Part shown: positions 1 to 8,200 of the stretch, one piece after another | How positions within the stretch are numbered: the first letter of the stretch is position 1 | Layout: each line of letters opens with the position of its first letter | Source of the DNA: a virus | Taxonomy: Duplodnaviria; Caudoviricetes | Length of the DNA: 24,881 nt | IMG/VR virus record: IMGVR_UViG_3300046710_000056 | Location: 1-24,881 of that record | Direction: 5' to 3' (one strand) | Translations under genes and position numbers: made by a program | Notes under the pieces: generated by a model | What the model saw: only the letters and a program-made list of their open reading frames with translations | Told to the model about the DNA's origin: nothing | The model's database searches: none

Positions 1-15
1 TGCGGGCCCCCTATT

Positions 16-630
16 TTACGTGGTGACTTCTTTGGACACCGTGACTTTACCCATGAGCAGCGAAGTAACCACTGCCGGGGTGCCGTTGCTGACCAGCTCC
101 AACTCATAAACGCCCTTCGTCCACAGCAATGCAGCCGTGTCGGTGGCAGAGATGGTAATGACGATCGTGTGCGCCGTCGGGTCGACCACGATGCCCCCGG
201 CGACATCGGTGGTGAGCGCGAGAAGCACGGTGCCGCCGACCTTGTCTTTGATGTCCATGCGCGCCGTGAAGCCGGTGATGTCGACAGGCGTGTTGAGGTT
301 GACGAACCCGCCCGAGGTCCATGGCTTGTACCCGGCGGCGTTGACCTCATTCAGTTCCAGGCTGGTGGGGCTGAGCACTGTAGCCGGCGTGTAGTCGGAG
401 TCCCGCAGCTTGTTCGGGTCGGCCGCATTGATGTCGGTCATGCCCTTGACATTCGTGATCGCCACCCGCCACCCGTTGGGGATGAGCGTGGTGTCGACGC
501 CGACGATAGCCGCGCCGTTCGGGCAGGTGATGCCAGTGATCGGCAGCCGGATGATCGGGGAAGCCTCCCACCGCAGTACCAGCGTGAAGGTCTTGCCCTG
601 CGCAATCGCGATGTCTTTTGACGCTGCCAT
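16..630 (-). CDS. Putative virion structural protein (beta-sandwich tail/adaptor type) with a probable inserted FCCH-like domain
   Basis: 204-aa ORF with RBS GGAG. The N-terminal 'IAQGKTFTLVLRW' and C-terminal 'DITGFTARMDIK...IVITISATDTAAL...GVYELEL...LLMGKVTVSKEVT' match a common phage structural family pattern. Confidence 0.7.
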   Translation of the reverse strand: MAASKDIAIAQGKTFTLVLRWEASPIIRLPITGITCPNGAAIVGVDTTLIPNGWRVAITNVKGMTDINAADPNKLRDSDYTPATVLSPTSLELNEVNAAGYKPWTSGGFVNLNTPVDITGFTARMDIKDKVGGTVLLALTTDVAGGIVVDPTAHTIVITISATDTAALLWTKGVYELELVSNGTPAVVTSLLMGKVTVSKEVTT

Positions 631-633
631 GAT

Positions 634-1104
634 CTACTCCTTCTTCCTGGGCCACCCATCGACTAGCGTTTTAACATCGCTTCGATGGCCTGAAGCTGCA
701 AGTCCCATTGTTTCAAAACGCTCTCGACAGTTAGTGAATAGTCCTCCGTAGGCTCGGACTGCGCCTGCGAGGGCATCGGCGGAAGCGCTGGACACGAGGG
801 CGTCGACGTTTGCGGTGCTGACGCGCAGCTTGCCAAGCAGAGCATCATTGGAAGCAGCCAGAGTAGCGATCTTGCCTTCCCGAATCTTCGCAGCATTTTG
901 AGCCTCCGTAATCACCCCGTTGAGCCGGACAGTCTCGGCCATCGCGGCCTTCAGGTCCGCGTTTTCCTGTGTCAAGTCCTCGGCAACTCGACGATCATAT
1001 CCGATCTGCTGCTCGTACGATACGAACACGTGCGCGCCCCATGCAAGCGCCCCCACGAGAGCCATGAGGGCGGCCACTTTCATCCACGTCGGAATTATGG
1101 TCAT
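634..1104 (-). CDS. Rz: i-spanin (Rz-like)
   Basis: 156 aa with one N-terminal TM helix followed by an Ala-rich coiled coil. It is the last gene of the lysis cassette and contains an out-of-frame lipoprotein ORF. Confidence 0.85.
   Translation of the reverse strand: MTIIPTWMKVAALMALVGALAWGAHVFVSYEQQIGYDRRVAEDLTQENADLKAAMAETVRLNGVITEAQNAAKIREGKIATLAASNDALLGKLRVSTANVDALVSSASADALAGAVRAYGGLFTNCRERFETMGLAASGHRSDVKTLVDGWPRKKE
663..896 (-). CDS. Rz1: o-spanin lipoprotein (Rz1-like), fully embedded in Rz
   Basis: 77 aa: basic N-terminus MLRRFGKAR, hydrophobic stretch, lipobox LAS-C24, then Pro-rich PSCPALPPMP. It lies in an alternative frame inside Rz. Confidence 0.85.
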   Translation of the reverse strand: MLRRFGKARSLLWLLPMMLCLASCASAPQTSTPSCPALPPMPSQAQSEPTEDYSLTVESVLKQWDLQLQAIEAMLKR

Positions 1105-1349
1105 GGTATTTTATTTTCCTGGTACGTTTTGTAGACAGAATTGAATAGCAGGGTGACGGGCACCTGCACAGCCGCAATCACCACTGCCATCTCGGTACCC
1201 GAAAGGGAGCTGGTAGCGGCAAACTTGGTGCTCCACCACGTCACCCAAAGCATCTGGCCAATCGAGATCGACAAGATCAGCGTCGACCGAACCCGATATT
1301 TCTTGAGCCATTGGTCCACCCCCCTCATTCGACGTTCACTGGCGATCAT
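1101..1349 (-). CDS. Putative holin (two TM segments)
   Basis: Start reassigned to ATG 1349 (ATGA overlap with the endolysin stop), giving 82 aa with two hydrophobic segments (TLILSISIGQMLWVTWW; MAVVIAAVQVPVTLLF). It lies between the endolysin and Rz. Confidence 0.65.
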   Translation of the reverse strand: MIASERRMRGVDQWLKKYRVRSTLILSISIGQMLWVTWWSTKFAATSSLSGTEMAVVIAAVQVPVTLLFNSVYKTYQENKIP

Positions 1350-1768
1350 GGCATGAACACCCGCTTCCCCGACCCCGGAGCCTTGATCGTCCAATGGCTC
1401 CAGTGGATCGTCTTCGATGGGTGCTCGATGTAGATCCCGCACTGCTCCAGCTTACCCCCTGGCTCGGCATTGGCCATACACCATGCGTCGATGGAGCCGT
1501 CAGGGTCGTACCGATCAACCGCGAGCCCTTCCTTGTGGCTGGAATGTGCCGCCCCCGTAGCGCAGTGCTGCGGGCGGAATCCGCCATTTCCTTCGCCGCC
1601 GACCCCCGAACCTGTATCTGGGTCGTCGCGAAACTTGATCCCCGCCGCGATGGCCATCTGCTCCAGACGGTTGCACGCTTCAAGGAGCTCGGCCGCATTG
1701 ACCCGGCGCGTCACGTTGGCATCGGGAGAGTCAGCATATTGGCCGAAATATTGCGTAAGGGTAATCAT
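1346..1768 (-). CDS. Endolysin, peptidase M15-like (Zn-dependent, Hedgehog/DD-peptidase fold)
   Basis: Start reassigned to ATG 1768 (MITLTQYF..., 140 aa). Motifs GFRP...SSHKEGLAVD...WSH fit the M15 Arg, SxHxxGxAxD and WxH pattern. Confidence 0.8.
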   Translation of the reverse strand: MITLTQYFGQYADSPDANVTRRVNAAELLEACNRLEQMAIAAGIKFRDDPDTGSGVGGEGNGGFRPQHCATGAAHSSHKEGLAVDRYDPDGSIDAWCMANAEPGGKLEQCGIYIEHPSKTIHWSHWTIKAPGSGKRVFMP

Positions 1769-2208
1769 TTGAGTGGTACTCCTCGTGCGACAAGGTAGGC
1801 GACGAGGGCCTCCCGCATTGAGTATAGAAGGTATCCGACGAATGCGACACTCGCCCACGCTATGTTGGACGTCGTCACCTTTTCCATCATCATATTCCGA
1901 CGCTCTTGTCGGGTGATGAGCGCGTCGATGTACCGCTTGCGCGCCGCCTCCTTAACTTCATCTTTCCGCATCGCATCGACATACACGGTGCGAGCGATGA
2001 TCTCGTCCATGCCCCCCATCTTGGTCATGACCTCGGCGAACTTCTGGTCCCGCTCATCCTCGCGGTGTGCGTGCGGAACGATTACCGCGGTGAGCCTGTT
2101 GATGCTGAAGAGGATGAGCCGATCGATCTCCCGCCGATCGCCCGTCAAGTACAGCTCGATCTCTTCCTCGGACAGCACGTGCGGCGGGTACTTCATGTCG
2201 TTGCTCAT
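1765..2208 (-). CDS. Membrane-anchored hypothetical protein (possible lysis regulator or holin partner)
   Basis: 147 aa with a charged helical N-terminal region and a C-terminal hydrophobic segment (IAWASVAFVGYLLYSM). It sits directly upstream of the endolysin with an ATGA overlap. Confidence 0.6.
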   Translation of the reverse strand: MSNDMKYPPHVLSEEEIELYLTGDRREIDRLILFSINRLTAVIVPHAHREDERDQKFAEVMTKMGGMDEIIARTVYVDAMRKDEVKEAARKRYIDALITRQERRNMMMEKVTTSNIAWASVAFVGYLLYSMREALVAYLVARGVPLK

Positions 2209-5200
2209 GGTCGTATCCCAGTGTTGGCCCAGCTGTACTCAGAGATCCGGGGGAGGTGCTTCACGTTGGGGTCAATGATACCCGTTCCCGTAGCTGCTGC
2301 AAAGGCGCGACCCCGCGCGCGGCCGACGAGTTTCTCGGCAACGTCTGTGATCGGGCTAGTCGGAATCCGGTAGTTGTACTCGGTGATCGTCTGCATGGCT
2401 TGACCAAAATCGTCCATCTGGCCGCCCTCGTACGCCTTGACCGCCTGATTCACCAGCTGGGCCTTGGCCTGCTTGGTGAGGTTGGTCGCCGACTGGTAGT
2501 AGAAGTTGGCCTCGGACTGCTCGGCCTTCTTGGACGGTGTGAACCCGAGGGACTGTTCAAGTATGTCCCAGTTGTCGACTGGCATCGGCAGCTCGTTTCC
2601 CTTGGCATTGGTGAAGCTGCCCGAGCTCGCCAGCTGCGCGGCCTTGTAGTAGCCCTTCAGCGCGGCCGGGAGCATCGTCTCGAATCCCTTGACCATGTCC
2701 CCTTCGGCGAAGTGCTGCATGCCGCCCAGCACGTCGACCGCCGCATTGATCGCCGGCCCCATCATGGACATCGAGCCGTCCTTGATCTTGTCTTGGAACG
2801 CCCGGCGATCCGCGAGGAACCGTGACCCTGGCAGCAAGTCTTGATGCCCCGCCCGAGCGCTCATGTCGAACCCCGCCGCGCGCGGCGCGCCCTTGGCGAT
2901 GATCTCACCCATGTCCTTGCCGAAGACGCTGGCGACCCACGTACGATACTGGCTGCGAACATCCTCTTTGTCGTCGTCCCCGCTGACCGCGTTGAGCGCC
3001 GCAGAGATCACGCTGGCGAAAGGCAGGCCCATGGTGCCGGCGAGCAGCGTTGTCGCCCCCAGCGTTCCGTACATGGCCTTGCGGGCCGCCTTCTGCTCCT
3101 CCACGGTGCCGAGCTTGCGAATGAACCCCTGATCCGCCAGACGGATGTAATGTTCCATCATCTGGAACGAGTAGTTCTGGAACGATGCAGCCAGCGGCGT
3201 GACCTTGCCGGCGAACCCGTGCCGCCCCAGTACCCGAGCCGTGTTGTGGTCGGAGTAGAGGAACTGCGTCTGATTCACCGCATCGATTGCATACGCCGTG
3301 CGTTTGGCTGTTGGCATCTCGGTCGCGAGGTTGAACGCCGCCAGCCCGGCCGTGAGCCGGTTCATGACCTCAGAGTAGTGCGTGAGCACCCCAATCGCCT
3401 TGGCCGCGTTGGCCATACCACGATTCTTGCCGTCGGCCATACGCCCGATCTCATGGGCCTGGGTGAAGTCGACGGTGCCGCTCTTTATCATCTCCTGCAC
3501 GAAACCGATCTGGCTCTTGGACAGGCCGGCCTTCGACAAGTCGAGCTCGGCATTGACCACGCCCATCAGTCCGCCCTCGGCCCACCCGTTCTTGATTGAG
3601 GAGTAGAGGATCTTGGACGCGAGGTGGGTGGCATTCATCATCGCCATGCCCGACTTCACGAACCCGAACCGGCCCCCGAGCAGCGGGAGCGTGAGGTGAT
3701 ACGGCTGCACCAAGTTGACCATGACAAACGCGGGGCTCATGGACAGGTAGAAGTGGTAGCCGAACGCCTTCATGGCGTCGATGATCGGTGAGTCGACCGG
3801 GTGCATCGCGTTGGCGTGGCGGATAGCCAGCTCGTCCGCGACCTCCTGGCCCCGCACCGCAGCCATGGGATTGGTTTCCTGTTGCTTATTGATCGCCTCG
3901 CTCATCTGCCGGAACGCCTCGTCGAACTTCGGCTTGGCATACTGATTCGAGATGAGACTGACATAATACTCGCTGCGCTTCGCGAAGGTCTGGCGGTAGT
4001 TCGAGTCCGACCCCGGCGTGCCGGCGCGGCGCGTCATCGTCGTGCGCGCCGAGTCTGCTTCGAGCATGTCGACGAGCGACTCGTTCACCATCGCCACCGC
4101 TTGGTCATAGGCGAGCCGAAGCTGCGGGTTGGTGCCGCCCCGCTGGCGCAGATCGTCGTACTTGCTCACCATCAGATCCCGCAGCTTGCTGATCGCCTGG
4201 GAAGCCCCGAATGCGTTTTCCATCTTGCCGGCATCCGACTTCAGGCCACCATTGACCGACTTCTGGTCGATGATCGCACCCAGCCCTTTGACCGCGGCGA
4301 TGGCCGCCTGCATCTCATTCGGCGACTCAAGGTGCAGATACACGTGCTTGGAGTTGCCGGGGAAGCCGCCGATCTGCACGCCGTAGGGGTCGAGGGCCTT
4401 GTTGATCTTCGCGACCGTGGCGGCCGACGTGTCGGTAACGTCGAACCCAGCGAAGTATTTGCCGGGGCGGTTGATAAACTGATAGGGCTTGTCGACGGCG
4501 CGCTTGAACGCACTGTGGATCACGCCCAGCGACTTCTGCATGTCATCGCCGCCGAACTTAGTGTCGACCATGGCGAACGCATCGCGGATGGCTGTATCCA
4601 GCTCCTCAGTGCGTGCATCCATGAACTTGGCCGAGTCGACCAGCTTGTGGCTCGTGTCGACCACGTCGATGTCCAGCAGCTTGCCGAACTTGTTGAGCAC
4701 CGCTTCAGCCGCGTAGCTCGTGCTGCTCGGCGACATCTTGTGCTGCTGGAGCGCGCTAAGCAGAAGCGAAGCCGTGTTCTGCACATACGCCTTGCGGTTG
4801 ACGAGGAACCCCTGGCCGATCAGCTTCGTGAGCTCGGGGTGGGTCTGCGCCATCTTGGTGTAGTCCCGGTTGAGCCCGTCAATGCGCTCCTTCAGCTCGT
4901 CCTTCAACGCAGGATATGCCGCCTTGTTCCCAGCGAAGTCTTTGGCCGGGTCGATGGCCACAGGTGTCTGGTCCGCGATCATGCTCTGCTCGCGCGCGAT
5001 GAAATCCATCTTCGCGTTGAGCTTGGCGAAGTCGCCCGTCTTGTTCAGTGCGGCCTCGACCGCATTCAGGTGCTTGTGTAGGTAGGCAGTGACGTGCTCG
5101 ATCACCCGAGTCTTCGCTTGGTCCGCCGTGAACCACGCGCCGATCGGCTGGTGCAGCGTCTTCAGAATCGGGGAGTTCTCCACCATGCGCTGGATGTGCT

Positions 5201-8200
5201 TGGTGGACGACACATACAGCGCGGCTTCCCGGACCTTGGCCTTGGCGTTGCTGAAGTCGACTTTCTCGACCCACCGATCGGCGGCCGATGTCAGCGCCGT
5301 GACCGCCTTGCCTGGAGCCGCCAACGCTGACGAAGGCGACAGCGCGATCATGTCGTGGCTCGCTTCCGCGCGCCGCTGCGCCGAGAGCGCCTTGGACTGG
5401 GCCATGAGCCGTGGAGCCGTGACTGTAGTGTTCGGCCCGAGGAAGGGGGTCGACGCGTCGATAGCGGCCGCCAGCGCGTTCCGTGCGTCCCCGCTGAGCC
5501 CGAGGAAGTTCTTGATCGTTTCGGCGAACGCATCGTAGAGGCTCTGAAACCACGACTTCTGCCCTTCCATCAGCCCTTGCGGGACCGCGATGGTGCGCAG
5601 CTTTTCCTGCAACGACGGATTGGACAGCGCTTCCGCGAGGAACTCGGCGTGGTTCTTGAACGCATACTCGCCCTGGAGGGCCGGGTTGTTTTCGAGGAAC
5701 CCATACAGCGCCTTGAGATCGTGGAGTGCGGCCACAAGCCGCAACTCTTCAGCCGTAGCCAGCGTACCGGTGATGGCCTCTGCGCGGCGCAGCGCGTTCA
5801 CCGTGAGCCCGTGGACCGTCTCGTGGGCGATCACATGCGCGTTCTCACCGCCTTGGTAGATGGTGAGCTCGTTGGTGCTTGAGTTGAAGTTGCCACGCTT
5901 GTAGCTGAAGGTGCCGTCTGCGCTGGGGAGCCCGCTCTCGACCAGCCGGTCCTCGTACTTGACCCCGATGCCGCTGACGCCCATCGCTCGAAGCATCGGC
6001 ACCAGCTTCTTCAGCGCGGGGTTGCTCGTCGCCATGCCAGCCACCTGCAACACTTGCTCCAGGCTCTTACGCCCGTTGGCGTCGACCAGCGCTGCCTGGA
6101 TGCGGGGGGCCGTGTAGGCGCGCGCCGCTGCTGAGAGATTGTCCAGCGTGTCGCCGTCGCTTCCCAGCACCTTCTCCAGCGCAGCCGCGTAGTCGTCGGC
6201 CAGCTTGGTCGACTCGCGCTTGCTCATCTTGAACCCTCGGATGTCTGCCGCCGACGGAGCGCTGTTCTTGAGATCCTCCAGCAGTTCCATCTTGTGCTCG
6301 TACGCCATCTGGTTCTGCAAGTTTTTCATCTGGACCGCGATCGTCTCGCGCATGTTGCGCTGGAGCCCGAGGGTCTTCTCGATCTGCTGCATGCGCGTCT
6401 CGGCCAGCTCCAGAACGCTGTCGCCGTACCATGCCTTCAGGTAGTCGAGCGCCTGCTTCGCTTCCGTGGCGCGCTCGCCTTCAGTGGTCGAGGCGTGCAT
6501 CGCATCCAGCACCGAGTTGACCCACAGCAGGTTATGGCCTGACGCATGCGGGGCCTTCTCGTCATAGTCGAACAACTCAAACCCAAAGAACCCGTCCTGC
6601 CCGGCGGACTCACGCCCTTCCCGGACCCGGTTCTTGCGCTCAGTCGCGGCTTCCTTGGCGTCAACATACCCAGCCCGTGACTCATCGCGCTGCGTCCGCG
6701 CCTGGGCCTCAGCCTTCACCGCGACCTGCTCCGCTTCCTTGGCCTTGACCACGGCATCCGCCGCGTCCGCCAGCTGCTCGGGAGTCGCGTCGTTGCGCTT
6801 GTTGAAGGCATTGAGCGCGACTTGTGCCTGCTCACGTTGGCGCACCGCAGCGACTCGCTCCTTGGTCGCCTGCTGTAGATCCTTGACCGCCGCCTTGGAT
6901 GCAGCCTTCGTCTCGTCCACAGCCTCCTTCGCCGCTTCGTCCGACGCGGGGATACCTGCACCCTTGAGCACCTCGGCAACGCCCTTGGCGGGCTTCGCGA
7001 GGGGGGCCTGTAGGGTCTTGGTAGCCTTCTCGGCTTCCATCGCGGCGACCGTCGCCTTGACCCCCGGATTGCGCTTGGCGCGCTCCGCTTGACGGCGCGC
7101 TGTTTCTTCGTCGGCCTTCGCCGCGGCGCGCTGCTCTTTCGTCTCTGTCTGGGCCTTGACCGCTTCGGCGGTCTTGGCGATTTCCGCCTGCTGCGCCGCC
7201 AGGGCGGCAGCATTGCGCTGCGCCTCTTTGGCTTTCGTGGCTTCCTCGGCCGCACTCGCCGCCATGGACTCGCGGCTGGCCGCTTCCTTGGTGAGCGCAA
7301 ACGCCTTCAGCAGATGCTGCGCGGCGGCCTTCTTGCTGGCCGGCGTAGTGCCTGCTGATCCACCTGCATCCGTATGGTACGCCGCGCGCGCACGCAACGC
7401 TGCCGGATCACCCGAAAGCAGCGCGGTGCGGTCGTCCTTGGCGTCCTGCTCGGCCGTTACTTTTTGCCGAACGGGCTTGCCTTTTTCCCTGACGGGGCGG
7501 TTGCCGAGAAGGGATTCGGCGGCATCATTCCCTTGACCGCTCCCTTCACTGCTGCTGGGAACCGTGGACCCGGCTTGACCGGCGGCTGGTTGGGATTCGG
7601 TCCCTTGACTGACATTCGGGGCTTGGCCATTCTGTGCTCCTTGGAGTTGGGTTGCGTACGCCTGAAGGACTTTGGCCTGGGCCTCTGTTGCGCCCGGTGC
7701 CTCGGTATAGAGTGTTGCGAATTTCTGTGCTTCCGCGGCGTGCTGGTCAGCCGGAACCTTCGCCAGATACTCCGTCAATTTCTTGGCGGCCGCGCCGGCT
7801 GACTGTGCGTTGACGCCCTGCGCCTTGGCGATCGTCTTGATCGCGTCGGCGTGGCTCAGCACTTCGGTGGTTTTTTGCCCTTGCCCATTCTGGCCTCCTG
7901 TGGTGGTTGGTTGTGCTGCGGAAGTAGTCGCCTTCTTGGCTGTCTTCTTGGTGTCGACCGCCGTGGTGCCGTCCTGAATTGCGTCAAGCCGCGCCTGCAC
8001 CACGGGGTCTTTCGAGCTCAGTTTGTCATAGTGCGACTTGTCATATCCGAACGTCGTGCCGTCTTCCATCCGCACCTTGACCATGTTGCCCGCGATAGAC
8101 GCGATGCCGGTACCGTGGGGGGTCGTGATCGAGTCGCCCGCAGCAACCCCCGACGGATGCGCCGAAGTGGCCGCCGCAGGCAGCGCCGACGGAGTAGCCA

